Shown here: positions 13,392 through 26,596 of the stretch, piece by piece
How positions within the stretch are numbered: the first letter of the stretch is position 1
How the letters are laid out: every line of letters starts with the position of its first letter
DNA from: Octopus sinensis
Lineage: Eukaryota
Reading direction: 5' to 3'
Assembly (NCBI RefSeq): GCF_006345805.1
Contig: NW_021833078.1
Coordinates: forward strand, 1 to 64,000
Length of the DNA stretch: 64,000 bases
Position numbers and translations under genes: made by a program
Notes under the pieces: model-generated
Databases searched by the model: none
Told to the model about the DNA's origin: nothing
What the model saw: only the letters and a program-made list of their open reading frames with translations

Positions 13392-13798
13392 ACCGGTTCT
13401 CAACATACACTGATAAACAGTTTCGCCATGGGCTCTTAGGAGCATAGTTCGATTTGTTTTTGCTCCGCCTCTGTTCTGTTTTTGTTTTTCCAACGGATTT
13501 CCTATTTTCTTCCTGAAGAGAAAGACACAATATGGTCCCATTATTCAATCGGGTTTTGGTAATTTGTGCCTTTCGAAACACGTGTAGAATGAAATAAAAC
13601 GATTTCTGTTCAATCTGCGTTCAGCTCCATTTCTTCAATTCACCAATAATGTTTTAATTTCAATTATCCGCACCAACGCACGGTTGCAACACCATATGGT
13701 TGTACCTCCAACCGTGCTGTTTACTGCTGTGATTTTTGCTACTAAGGTATCGGTTAAACTTTTGATTAATCTACTACAAGATTATTCATCTTTCTATT
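13390..13798 (+). mobile_element. Non-coding solo PLE pseudo-LTR-like element carrying a hammerhead
   Basis: 13683-13745 (gttgcaacacc...tttactgctgtgatttttgctac) resembles 1984-2020 (gttacaacacctttacttgtgagatttttgctgc) of the PLE 3' end; HHR inside; (TA)n on the right. Confidence 0.6.
13503..13596 (+). ncRNA. Type I hammerhead ribozyme, long stem II, palindromic stem III
   Basis: tattttcttc-CTGAAGA(13513-13519)-gaaagacacaa...ttgtgcctttc-GAAA(13575-13578)-CACGTG-TA-gaatgaaata; GUA cleavage triplet. Confidence 0.85.
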
Positions 13799-13802
13799 TC
13801 AC

Positions 13803-13835
13803 ATAATATATATATATATATATATATACATATAC

Positions 13836-13872
<37 letters not shown>

Positions 13873-13877
13873 ATATA

Positions 13878-13911
<34 letters not shown>

Positions 13912-14067
13912 TACATATATATATATATATACATATATATACATATATATATATACATATATATACATATACATATATACATATAATATATACATATATA
14001 TACATATACATATATACATATATATATATATACATATATATACATATACATATATATACATATACAT

Positions 14068-14100
<33 letters not shown>

Positions 14101-14357
14101 CATATATATATATACATATATATATCATATACATATATACATATATATATACATATACATATATACATATATATATACATATACTATATACATATATATA
14201 TACATATACATATATACATATATATATACATATACATATATATATATATATACATATATTATATATATATATATATATATATACATATATACATATATAC
14301 ATATATACATATATATATATACATATATACATATATATACATATATATATATATATC

Positions 14358-14388
<31 letters not shown>

Positions 14389-14668
14389 CATATATATACA
14401 TATACATATATACATATATATATATACATATATATACATATACATATATACATATATATTATATACATATATATACATATACATATATATACATATACAT
14501 ATATATATATATATATATATTATACATATACATATATACATATATATATATACATAATATATATACATATACATATATACATATATATATACATATACAT
14601 ATATACATATATATATACATATACATATATACATATATATATACATATACATATATACATATATATAC

Positions 14669-14737
<69 letters not shown>

Positions 14738-14913
14738 CATATATACATATATAATATATACATATATACATATATATATACATATATACATATATATACA
14801 TATATACATATATATATATATACATATATACATATATACATATATACATGCATATATATATATATACTATATATATATATATATATATATACATATATAC
14901 ATTATATATATAC

Positions 14914-14980
<67 letters not shown>

Positions 14981-15021
14981 CATATATATATACATATATA
15001 TATATATACATATACACACAT

Positions 15022-15052
<31 letters not shown>
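13803..15052. repeat. (TA)n/(TACA)n compound microsatellite
   Basis: Direct inspection. Confidence 0.97.
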
Positions 15053-15689
15053 GCTTGTATGTGTGTATACCGGATTGAATCTTAGCCATAATTAAATAAA
15101 TGTCCGTTTTTATGTCATGTAGAATTGGAATCGTCATGTGCATAAAGCATCTGACTGTTATTTCTTCATACCACACTACAGACATTCCATTGAGTCCTGG
15201 ACTAGAATAGTTACTCCAATCTTACATAAAGTTAGATTGTGGTTGTTTAAATGCACACCAAGCACAGCTATACTCAAAAGTGTTCCAGCAATAACCATAG
15301 ATTTTTTTTAAGACGGTAGCGTAGTATTAGAATGAAATTTGACTGCTACTTCAATCAGAACTTGTAACTATTAAACGCTTTCTCGTTGGCTTGCATGAAA
15401 GTTTACATGTGAATATCTATTAAACAGATAAAATAGGGAGTTATCTCCCTTCGACTTTCTTCTCAAATGATTAAGATACTGATTTACAAGTTAAAAGCCG
15501 TCTTTCTTTTTCACAACTAGTGCTGCGGCGTGTAAATGATCAAGGGACATAACTCTGACTTGATCGTTTAATCCCTTATTAATCGCTTTATCTCTTTATC
15601 GCTTCCTTAAATTTCTTTATTGTTTAACAGTACATAAGAAAACGAAATGGTTTACATCCTCCTTCGTGTACACTCGTGGAACTAATTAT

Positions 15690-17330
15690 TAATACTATGA
15701 CCTTTTACAAATTATACTGCAGGATTAACTTCCACAATCTACACCCTGGTCTCAAATTCACAAGGGAAATTAGCAACACACAATTACCACTTCTTGACAT
15801 AATTGGTAATTAAACACAGCACCATAATCACAATTGATATTTATTACAAAAGCGCAGATACCACACCAGAACTTAAATTTCAAATCATGCCACCCAACAT
15901 ACAGAATGCGCAACATCCCGTACTGTCTAGCTAGGAAACTTTGTATTATAGTAGATGATACAAATACCAGCAACATACAACTTTCAGAACTGAAATTATT
16001 TCTGCTCAAGCAAAAACACCTTCTCCGAGTTATAGAAAATAGCCTACAACGAGCAAAAGAGATACCTATAGAACAGCTGAGGGCAACACGAGAAAGACGA
16101 AGTCAACAACGGAACACAATACCATTTCTAGTAACACAATTCGCATCACCAGAACATTTTTAACATCACCAAAATAAATTTGCCTATCATGAAACAAAGT
16201 GAAAAATCAAAAAACATAAAAAAGAATCAAACACTTATCTTAAATAAAAGGCAATCTAATAGCCTAAAGAAATTATTAACAAAGGCAAAATTCAACATGA
16301 ACAAATAGGATGAAACATTCAATATCCAAGTGTAATGATAACAGATGTAGAACGTGTTAATACACGCATACTGGTAGATCCATTAGAACGCAAAAATGGA
16401 CAGGTTTTCACAAATGCAGATATCAACAGAAATTTTATCTACTACTAGCAGTATCGCCCAGCGTTGCTCGGGTTTGTAAGGGAAATAACTATAAAGCATT
16501 TTTAGAGTTATAGCCAAAAAATAGCAAAAAAATGATGGTAAATTTTTTTGAGAGTTAAAAAGGTCGAGTTGCGTCCCCTAGACAGTCTGTGGTTTGTGTT
16601 TCTGATTCTCGACCCCATGTCGAATTTATCGATTTTTTTCAGAACTGGGGGAACTTTTCAAAATTTTCGCTGCGTTAGTTTTGAATTATGACATTGGGCT
16701 ATGTGTGTGTCAAGTTTCATCAGAATCGGTTGAAAGCCGTGGTCAGGGTGAGGGTACCACCTAACAGACACACAGACACGCAGACAGATAAACTGCCGTT
16801 TATATAGAGAGAGATATTAAATGACATAATTGCGAGGAACTGTCTATTAGCGAGACAGGGAACACATATCGGAACGCTCACGAGTCAACAAATCCGGGAC
16901 AGTAATGCTCGCAAAATGCCATTGAGCGAACATATAGAAATATGTAATCAGAAAATGTTTCTAATTTTTCCTTTCCACAAACTAAATCACGCAAGTGAAG
17001 TTGGAAGAAATATAAAAGAAAACGTCTTATTAAAATGTTCAAACCTGTTCTGAACAGAAATAACAGCAATAATATAACAACCAATTAATGATGTGGATTA
17101 AAAAATATCTTTAACATATGAATATAAACAAATTACAGAACACCCACCGATTGAAATAGAAACTAAGTTTGCTCACTAATAAAACCCTTACATGTAAACT
17201 GCAAGCTAATTGGATAAAATAAAGGCGAAATCTATGCCAGTATTATCTGTGCGCCCGGAAAACCGTGACGTTTAAGCAGTATCCTGATTTGTCGAAACTG
17301 TATTCCAAAAATCCAGCTAGTCGGAACCTT
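15690..17330 (+). mobile_element. Decayed Neptune/Poseidon-type PLE (RT thumb, Cys linker, GIY-YIG), interrupted by a Helitron-like insertion at 16445-16814
   Basis: FHNLHPGLKFTREISNTQLPLLD; DIYYKS..LNFKSCHP..RNIPYCLARKLC; CNDNRCRTC before the insertion; NCEELSISETG..QQIRD..LSEHIEIC..FLIFPFHK..IKMFKPVLN after it. Confidence 0.8.
16445..16814 (-). mobile_element. Non-autonomous Helitron-like element
   Basis: 5' TCTCTCTCTATATAAACGGCAG; 3' hairpin cccgagcaacgctggg then CTAG followed by T. Confidence 0.7.
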
Positions 17331-17333
17331 CTA

Positions 17334-17704
17334 TCTCTCTATATATAAACGGCAGTTTGTCTCTGTGTGTTTCTGTGTGTCTGTCAGGTTGTACCCTCAC
17401 CCTGACCACGGCTTTCAACCGATTCTGATGAAACTTGACACACACATAGCCCAATGTCATAATTCAAAACTAACGCAGCGAAAATTTTGAAAAGTTCCCC
17501 CAGTTCTGAAAAAAAATCGATAAATTCGACATGGAGTCGAGAATCAGAAACACAAACCACAGACTGTCTAGGGGACGCAACTCGACCTTTTTAACTAAAA
17601 AAAATTTACCATCATTTTTTTTCCATTTTTTGGCTATAACTCTCTAAAAATGCTTTATAGTTATTTCCCTTACAAACCCGAGCAACGCCGGGCGATACTG
17701 CTAG
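17334..17704 (+). mobile_element. Non-autonomous Helitron-like element, same family as 16445-16814, opposite orientation
   Basis: A^TC start, 3' cccgagcaacgccgggcgatactgCTAG^T; near-identical reverse complement of 16445-16814. Confidence 0.7.
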
Positions 17705-18073
17705 TAAAGTATAAAGAGGAAGAAGTCATTTTACTACAGTTGTCAAGAATTCAGCTGTCAGTTAAATACATTTTGAAATCTGATGGTTACTACGAACGTA
17801 TGAAAGCACTAATTGATCTTTATGAACACTACCATATATTTTTTTTATGTTTAACACACTTCAACATAGTAGATAATTGTTTAAATACAATAATAAAATA
17901 CGTGAAAACCAGACCATGTCGTAAGTTTATTCACCTGATATATTATTCTATACACATTTACACAAATTCGGAAACTATATATATATATATATATGTGTGT
18001 GTGTGACCGCGTGTGTACAGTTGGCGATATTTTTCCTCTGTCTTCCCTTCTCTGGATATTTCCTTCTCCTATG

Positions 18074-18107
18074 TTTCCGACGAAGAGCTCCGCTCGAAAC
18101 GTAAAAA
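18074..18107 (+). ncRNA. Minimal hammerhead-like motif inside a ~190-bp microsatellite-flanked non-coding element (about 18020-18210)
   Basis: ttt-CCGACGA-A-GAGC(tcc)GCTC-GAAA-CG-TA-aaa. U4C core variant, extra A after A9, 2-nt palindromic stem III, weak stem I. Confidence 0.6.
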
Positions 18108-18278
18108 CCCTCCTTCTTTCCTTCTTTCCTGAGCGTCCAATAATACTATATTTGTTCCACGTCCTCGCGTTGTTGTGTTTTTTTTGTGCTTTCTTGTTTG
18201 GATTAACTATATATATATATTCAGCAAACGCCAGAAAGTAAGCGAGCAAGACAAATGAAAAGATACAAAATATAGAGT

Positions 18279-18479
18279 TTAATCGCAAACCCTATTTCAT
18301 TGTTACCACTTACGCAATTACTTACGTAAAGTCCGCAATTCATCATTGTGATCGTCATAGCGGACGTCCCGTGTATAGTTCTTCAAATTATATTTTGCTA
18401 TGACGATTACACTGATGAATTGCGGAGTTTACGTAAGTAATTGCGTAAGTGGTAACAATGAAATACGGTTTGCGATTAA
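18279..18479. repeat. MITE-like palindrome, about 80-bp arms, about 35-nt spacer
   Basis: ttaatcgcaaaccctatttcattgttaccacttacgcaattacttacgtaaa...gtcatagc / gctatgac...tttacgtaagtaattgcgtaagtggtaacaatgaaatacggtttgcgattaa. Confidence 0.85.
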
Positions 18480-18889
18480 CCTTTATATTTTATGTCTTTT
18501 CATTTGTCTTGCTCTCTTACGTTCAGGCGTTTGCCGAATTTTCTTGAGAACAATCTTTGCTTCGTGGCAAGGCCATAGGGCGTCTACTTCTAGCATAATG
18601 GATATCTACTTAGTGGTCATCCCTCTTATATGTATGTAATATAATTTTTCTGAATCTTCAGAATTTTCAATATGCTAGGCCACTGGTTTTAAATTGATAT
18701 TAATCAAATTAATATTCAATTTTTCACCCTTATTATTTAAATCTATATATATAAAACTCAACTTGTGCGTATATGTGTGTATCTGTGTGTGTATCTGTGT
18801 GTGTATCTGTGTGTGTATCTGTATGTTTAACTTCCCAGCACATCTCCTCCTAGCCAACAATCGTAGAACCACCAAAAATGGGTCACTTA

Positions 18890-21800
18890 AAGTTTAGGCG
18901 AATGAAAATTGAACTCCGCTATTTCTGTTCCGAAATTCATCTCGCAAGTGCATCTCGCGTTGCCAGTTCGATAATGTGTTTGTTTAGGCCTTATCCCATG
19001 CATTGAACAGTGAACTTTACTCAGTCAGCTGTTTGATGTGAATTGTGTTCACCACGCGTGCAAGCATGCGTAAATTGCATGAAAAATAAAAAATCAAGAT
19101 ATAAAAACGAATCGCCGTAAACATTGTAGAAATTCGGCAAAGAATTTTTGAAGAAGTCGGTTGTGTTTATTCGCGTAAGCCAAAATATTGTTAAAATTGT
19201 TGAATTGTTTGTTTAAAAATTGTTTGTTAAATTGTTATATTGAACTTTAACTGGTTTTTTGAACCAGGAAAACTTTGTTATTCCCCTCCTATAAGGAGGG
19301 GAAATAGTGTGTGAAATATATTGTGCGTTGTAGCGCAATTAAACAAAAAAAATACATTCATTTGTTGAAAATGGATAAAACATTCGAAGATGTTGCCAAT
19401 GAAGGTTCACCTTCTAAAGAAAATATTGTAGGTTCTCCTACAAAGGAAAACGCTATGTTGAAAAATGATTCTAAACCAAGTTCACCAGCAGTAGAAAACG
19501 AGAATAAAACGTATAACTTCGCAGCCGCAGCAGGAAGAAAAACAGTTGGAATCAAACCTGAAGATATCGACTATGACAAATACAAGGAAATGTTTAAAAG
19601 GGCGGGGAACAACATAAAAGCCACCCTCCCACAAGAAATCAAAACCAGGACCATGAAGAAAACGGTAATTTTTAAATCGTTTATCATTAAGGAAAAAAAA
19701 TAGAAAAAATAACTAAAGAACAGGCCGAAAAATGTCTCAAGCCAATATGGACGGATATTGATTTCGTTACATGGGGTAAGAAATATGCAACGATAATGGT
19801 CTACTTTAAAGAGGAGGAACAGGCGAGGAAATACTCGATCAACCCATTAAAAACTACAGATATAATTCTTCTCCCCCTCGTATATGGGGAGAAGAACAAC
19901 AAAAATTAAAATAGATGAAATACCACCGGAAATTGAGGTAAAGAGCCTCATTCCAGCCCTATTTATGGGGCTGGAAGGAAAAATTAATATTATAAATATT
20001 GTCAGAATCCAGAAGGAGAATTGGAAGGGACAAGCTTTACAAATAATAGTGCAAGCGGCGCCGGAAACGTTAGAGGAGGTGCCGGAGTGCATTAATTTCG
20101 ACGACGAAATAAACTTGCGGGTGGTGGTCGAAGGGCGTAAGCCCAGATGCTACGGGTTTGGCGAAAAGGGCCACATCCGAGCAGAATGCCCCACCCGCAA
20201 GAAAGAAGAAGAAGAAGCAAGGAAAAAAGCTGAAGAAGAGGAGAGGAGGAGAAAAACGACTGAAACAGAAGAAGAAAAAAATACAAGAGGGGGATGACGA
20301 TTTCGTGATACCCAGGAAAATGAAAAAAAGGAAAAATACGGACCTAAACATACCCAATCATAGTACAAAAAAGACTAACACACAGGGGGAAAACCCACCC
20401 CACCTAAACACGGTTCCCCACAAAAAGAAAAAGAAGATAAGACCCCCCCCCCAGACCAACCCGAACCACCCCCACCCCCACAGTACCGTGCATTACCCTC
20501 CCCTCCAAATGACCTCCCCGTACTCCCTTCATACTCCCCAAACTCCTCCTCCTCCCCATCACCTCCCCACAAAGCCCCCAAAAGAAAATCACGGAGTTCC
20601 AAGTGGTTTATACAGCCATCAACAAAGACAACGACAGTTTAAGCAGCGGGATGGGAATCATCCCAGCCGCTGAAAAAATACAAACTCATAGAAAATTACA
20701 AAAAATGTAGAAATATATAAAATGGATTTACTAAACTTTAATATTTTAAATGCGCAGTATTCAGGAGACATAAGGGGTCCGCGGCTTTATGTACACGAGT
20801 CACTTATTAAAGCGGACTTCCCCCCACGACCAACAGGAACACCGTTGTAAAGGTAAGTAAATGTCTCGTATTTGTGTAAGGTGCATAAATGTGCGTGGCC
20901 TGATGTCGAGCTGGAAGCAAGGGCGCCTCCTAAATGACATCAGGTCACGGGAGCTAGATGTTGTTGTTACCACAGAAACCCGGTTAAAGGGGCCCAGAGA
21001 TCTGCTCCCGCTGTTCGACGGTTACGAGAGAATTATCTCTCCGAACCCGTCGTTCGGCGGAAGCGGGGTGTTGGTCCTGTGTAAAAAGAACCGGGTCTCT
21101 GAGAAAAAGTTGATTTTTGCAGATCCAGAAGGTAGGCTGGTCGTCGTTGATTTGACGTTCAGTAGTCGTAAGACAATCAGACTGGTTGCAGTTTACGCAC
21201 CCAACAATAAGGGGCAAAGTGATTATTTTCGGAATCTGGAGAAGTTTCTGAGTACATCGTGCCCTTTAGTAATGTTAGGAGACTTCAACACAATCTGCGA
21301 TGTGCGGGTAGACTGTGAAGGCTTGCAAACAGACAGGAAAGGAAATGCTTGCTTCCTGTATCTACTAAGACGTTTTGAGCTGGTAGATCCATATAGACTG
21401 GAACATCTGGACGCTCCATTGTGGACATGGTCAAACAGCGACGGATCGTCAAGGTCATACATAGACAGGATTTTAATTAGGAAGGTAAATAGAAACCTAG
21501 TTAAGAGTCCACAGCTCCACATAGTCAGCTACAGTGACCACAAGATGGTCACCTGTAAGCTCGACGTAGATAAGATAAATAGAGGTCCTGGTTACTGGAA
21601 ACTTAATACGTTCCTTTTGGCGATTAAGGAGTACAGTGACAGGATTAGGTTAATGATCCAGAGGGCCATGACCGGCTCCATTATCAACAACAAATGGTGG
21701 TATGCCCCCAAGCGAGCCATAACATATGAGTCTATTAGGTATAGTATAGATCTCGTAGCTAGAGAGGCTAGAAAAGAAACTACTCTAGTTAAGGACCTAG

Positions 21801-24432
21801 AGGAAGCAATGTGAACTGGCAACGCGGCTCGGGTGAAGGCCAAGAGACTGGTTTTAAACCAGCACCTCGAAGCCAAACACATGGGTTGCATTGTCAGGGC
21901 TAGACAACATACAATGGGGAGCGAAAGAATTAATGCCGCGGGATGGGCCCGAGTGGTGGAAGCCCAACGTGGCAACAATGCCACAATTCGATCTCTGACG
22001 AACCAACAAGGTAAGTTGACAGACGAACCCGAGGAGATGTGTGTCAAGCTTTTCAGGACCACTTCGCCCAGCTCTTTGGGGGGGGGCGGATGGGAGGAGG
22101 GACCTTACGGACCTCCTCGACGGACTGCCGCGCGCTCGGAGCGGGACGCGGAGTGTAGTGAGAAGCCGATCACGCCTGAGGAGGTAACAGAGGCCATGGC
22201 AGACTGCGGTGCGGGTAAGGTGCCGGGACCTGATGGTCTGCCCTACGAGCTTTATAAAAGTATGCCGGACTTGTTCGGGGACTTACTGGCGAACGTCTAC
22301 GCAAACTGGCAGCAGAATGGGTTTATACCCAAATCTGTGCGCCGGGGAGTGGTGACACTAGTCAGGAAGGACCAAAGCAAGGGGGACGTCATGGATAATT
22401 TCAGGCCCATCACTCTGCTTAACGCAGAGTTGAAGATTTTGGCCAAAGTGTTATCGAACAGATTGGCGCGTGTCGCGAATGGACTGATCGGGAAAGTGCA
22501 AACGTGCGCCGTACCGGGCAGAACCATTCAGGACAATCTCCATCTTATTAGATACACGATAGAGGGAATGGATAATGATCCCGGCAAGGGAGGGGCAGTG
22601 GTCCATTTAGACCAGTCAAAGGCTTTCGATAGGGTCGACCATCATTATCTGGTGTCCGTTCTGGCTCAGTTCGGCCTAGGTCTTGGCTTCCTCAGGTGGA
22701 TCATAGAAATGTACGACAACGTCGACTCGGAAGTTCGGGTGAACGGCTTTCTTTCTAAGCCGTTCAAGGTCAAACGCTCGGTCCGTCAGGGATGTCCGCT
22801 CTCCCCGCTTTTGTATGTAGTGGCTCTTGAGCCGCTGCTGCGAAAACTGAGTGGCATCCCGAGGCAGCGGACGACATCATTATCATCGTGACCGAAATGG
22901 ACCTCCTACGTAAAGTAGGCAAGGCCATAGAGGTTTACGAGACGGTGACAGGAGCAAAATTTAATCGGGAAAAGTCAGTCGGCTTGCAGCTCGGCACCTG
23001 GAGAGGCAAGTCGATGCCTCCAGACAACGTCGTGGGACGTTGGACGGAGGGTCCGATTAAGTAGCTCGGGGTCTGGTTTGGACCAGGCCTCCAAATAGAG
23101 AGGAACTGGAGCGAGGTATCGAGCAGGGTGGTCGCAGTAGTAAAGACCTGGTCTTGGCGGTGGTTATCCCTAAAAGGTAGGGCGGAGGTAGCCAATGAGT
23201 TTATCGCATCGGTGATCACCTACCGCCTTGCCGTCGTGCCTTGCCCGGATTCGTGGTTGACCAGGTTGGAAAGACAGCTCTTCCGCTTCTTGTGGAAGGG
23301 CTCGAAACCACTTGTGAGACGCTCTATTTGTTATCAAAAACCGTTAAAGGGTGGACTAGGATGCCGTGGCTAATGATGCGCAGAAATGCGCTGAGGCTAA
23401 GGCACCTGTGGCTCCAACTGGATGGTGAACGGGTGTGGTCTCCGCTGGCGAAGCAGATGTTCCCCAGGTTCACTAGTTTCGGTGGACGGGAAGAGTGGTA
23501 TAATCGTAGATCGAAGTTGGGTACGTGGTACACGGAGTGTCGTACGGCACTCCGACTATTCCGTCACTCGGGCAATGCCTGCGGCAGTGGTTCTACCACT
23601 GTGTTTTATAGAGGGTTGGTAGAGGCCGGTAACGATGATACGCTAGGGGAAACCCTAGGTTTCGACGATAATAAGCTGGCCAGTCTGTTCCAACGTACAT
23701 TCGGGCCGAAGGCACTGGATAATTTCCAGAAGTCTTTGGCTTGGCAGTGTTATCGAGGAGCCTTACCTGTTCGGGACAAACTTGCAAGGCACGGTGCCCC
23801 AGTCAGCCCGACCTGTTCGAGATGTGGGCGAGACAGGGAAACCGTCTCGCACGCGATCGTGCAGTGCCCGGAGGTGACAGATATGTGGGTTTTTGCCGAA
23901 CAACTGATGTCAAGTGAAGGAAGAGTACAGCTATCAGCCGAATCCATTGTAAAAATCAGCCCACCTGATTTTTTAACGAAAGAAGGTAAGAATTGTTTTC
24001 TCTCTGTGGTTTCAACTGCGAAACAGGCAGTATGGAAGACAAGGGTGAAAGAAATGCCAACAGGCGACTTCATCTCCGGTTCTGGTCTGGTGGAATACTT
24101 TAAATTCCACCTGAAAAGACAAATACAACTGGAGAGGAGGAGCCTGAGTAAGAAAGTGTTTGATGAAAGGTGGAAAAATGTGGTGAGTAAAAGGTCCCTC
24201 ACAAATACGAGATAGGCTGTAAAAGAAAAACACAAGGCTAAGTGTCGTGGCGGGGAACGTGGGGTCCGTGGACCAGCCCCACTACATTCTGTAACTTTGT
24301 AAAACTGTCCATTGTGTAATCATTCGAATTTTATTTTTCATCCAGATTTTTAACTGACCCCAAAAAGCATATAAATGTATTTCATCATTCGTAAGTTCTA
24401 TGTCGCCCCTAGTGGGTAATAAAGAAATAGAA
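18890..24432 (+). mobile_element. Near full-length Tx1/L1-clade LINE (5' leader, ORF1 about 19371-20673, ORF2 20861-24215 with stops/frameshifts, 3' AATAAAG end)
   Basis: ORF1 with gag-like knuckle (CYGFGEKGHIRAECP); ORF2 APE (CINVRGL, TETR, YAPN, GDFN, YIDRIL, YSDH), RT (KVPGPDGLP, NFRPITLLNAELKILAK, LDQSKAFDRVDH, RQGCPLSPLL) and C-terminal CSRC...HAIVQC. 5' boundary approximate. Confidence 0.92.
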
Positions 24433-24693
24433 ATTCGTCAAAGAAATGAATTTTCGGGATGTAGCCTGGAAGGTTTTTTTGTATTAATCGTTTGGACTTT
24501 GTGAACACATACCAATTGTTTTCATAACATTTTTAACGCTTTGGATTAAATGTGACCATTTTGCGTTGAGTCTGCAGTTTGAATCACTTTAACCAAATTT
24601 TAGCAGGGCAGATTTTTGATCATCACGATACATCACCAGCGTCTCCCTGAAACTCTCCCCTGAAATCCCCGTTGACAAATCTATATATACGTC

Positions 24694-24829
24694 TAATTGT
24701 TAAAGAGGACAATAAATGCTAAGGCAAGACAAACATCTCAAGTCAAATACATTATTATTATTGGAAAAATATGTATATGACTTGAGATGTTTGTCTTGCA
24801 TTAGCGTTTCTTGTCCTCATTAACAATTA
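24694..24829. repeat. MITE-like imperfect palindrome, about 55-bp arms
   Basis: taattgttaaagaggacaa..gcaagacaaacatctcaagtca / tgacttgagatgtttgtcttgc..ttgtcctcattaacaatta. Confidence 0.85.
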
Positions 24830-24833
24830 TATA

Positions 24834-25211
24834 TCTCTCTATATAAAGCTGAAGCTGTCTGTCTATGGCAAGTTTGGTAGCCTTCAACTAACACTATCTC
24901 CTCCGAGACCCAGCGGCGCAAGTTGACCGAAATTGAGAGTATGATAGAAGAAGGCTTGCTCTTCCTTCCGTAGAAGAAAAAAATTGAAATCAGACCATGT
25001 TAACATCAAAAATTATTTACATCAAAAAGTTGCTTTTTTTTTCTATGAAAATCCCTATTTTTTACGATTTTTTGACTGCTGTGTCGCCATTTTTCGGTGT
25101 ATTTCAACCAGAAAAATGTTCACTTAAAGAGAATAACAAACTTTTACTTTTCAAAAATTCCAATTCTAAAGGATCGAAACAAACCCTAGCAACGCCGGAC
25201 GATACTGCTAG
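24834..25211 (+). mobile_element. Non-autonomous Helitron-like element with the shared 3' terminus and a different interior
   Basis: A^TCTCTCTATATAAAGC start; ccctagcaacgccggacgatactgCTAG^T end. Confidence 0.65.
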
Positions 25212-26560
25212 TATACATATAATTCCCTGCGTGTGTGTGTTTCCCCTATGCACGACCAAACCGCTGAAACAATCTCTACTAAATTTGGCATGACGGCTTT
25301 TCATTACTCGAGGAAGGGTCTAGAGGGTTCAAATTTTGGCCCTTGCCCAAATAGGGGCAATAGCTTCCCCCACCCCCACTCTCTATACGACCCTTCCGGT
25401 TTCTTTTATGTTTTTCAGCGGATTCCTATTTTCTCGATAACGAAGATTCCGAATATGCCAAACAAATCTGTTTTCAAAATTTTAAATTCCTGCCCCCTCC
25501 CAAATTTTAAATTAACTTTTTGTCATTTTTTTCTTTTTTCAATCTACGTGGAAAAATACGGAGATTAAGAATATGGTAAAAACACTTTTTTAATTTAAAA
25601 TGTTCAATGAAGGATTCCAAAATTGATCCATTCACCCCCACCCTCGCCTCGTCACCCCATCCCGTTGTCAAAAACTGAAAATGAACTGCCAAAAATCACA
25701 GTTAAATGTCTGGAAATTTTCTGTGTTTGTGTGAGTGCGCGCACAATAACTTCTACAGCTTATGCGAATGTACAGAGAAAGTAAACAGAAATATGTTTTA
25801 CATACCTGTCGTATACGTCGGTTTTGTTTTTTCGCTTTAAAGGTAAACGATTCTGATAGATGCAAACATGATATTGAATAATTCTCCGTCATAGGTCTAC
25901 AACCCCACCTCTTCTTTTTTTTTTAATAAAGATAAACGCCTTTTAATTGTGATAATGAAACAAGGGTTTAATCCTTATCGCCAAAATCAATTTTTCTTGC
26001 AAAAGAAAGGATGGCATTTTCTCTCTTTTCCAATAGTTAATTATAAGAGAGAATATGTTGGTACCAAAAACGCTAAAACTTTGCTAACTTCATGGATCTG
26101 TCACTGAACCAGGTTTCTAATTTCATTGCATACACACTTTCCTATCATTTATGTAGAGAATTGGTAACATGGCATATAAAGATAACTTATTTTAATAGAA
26201 TTTATACGAGTACATTTCTGTAAATATTTTTCTTGCGCACTAAAACCATCACCCCCCTCCCTAAACACACACTTGCACATATACACACGCGGATTTACAT
26301 GGAAGAATTCCCATTTTGGAAGTAAGTTAAAGGTTTTACTATTTGGAATGAAGAACACAAACATAGGTGCCGAGCCAGTGACTAAACCTGTGTGCAATAA
26401 TATTGTTTCACTTTTATTCTTTCTCTTTTAATTTTAACGTGATAACACTAAGATCACCTTATTTTACACATTTACCGTTCAATTGCCAGTTAACAACAAT
26501 CAAGGTTGCAAGGTATTTACAGTTACATATTAAACCTTAAATTAACATTTAATACATCGA

Positions 26561-26596
<36 letters not shown>

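Noticed and set aside
17250-17310. HHR-like remnant (gtgacg..cag/ctg..GAAA-ctg-TA-ttcc) in the Neptune PLE 3' UTR
   Set aside because: The position fits but the core is too degenerate to call.
26149-26397. Minus-strand ORF faintly like a Helitron helicase C-terminus
   Set aside because: The key LYVAxSRV motif is absent.
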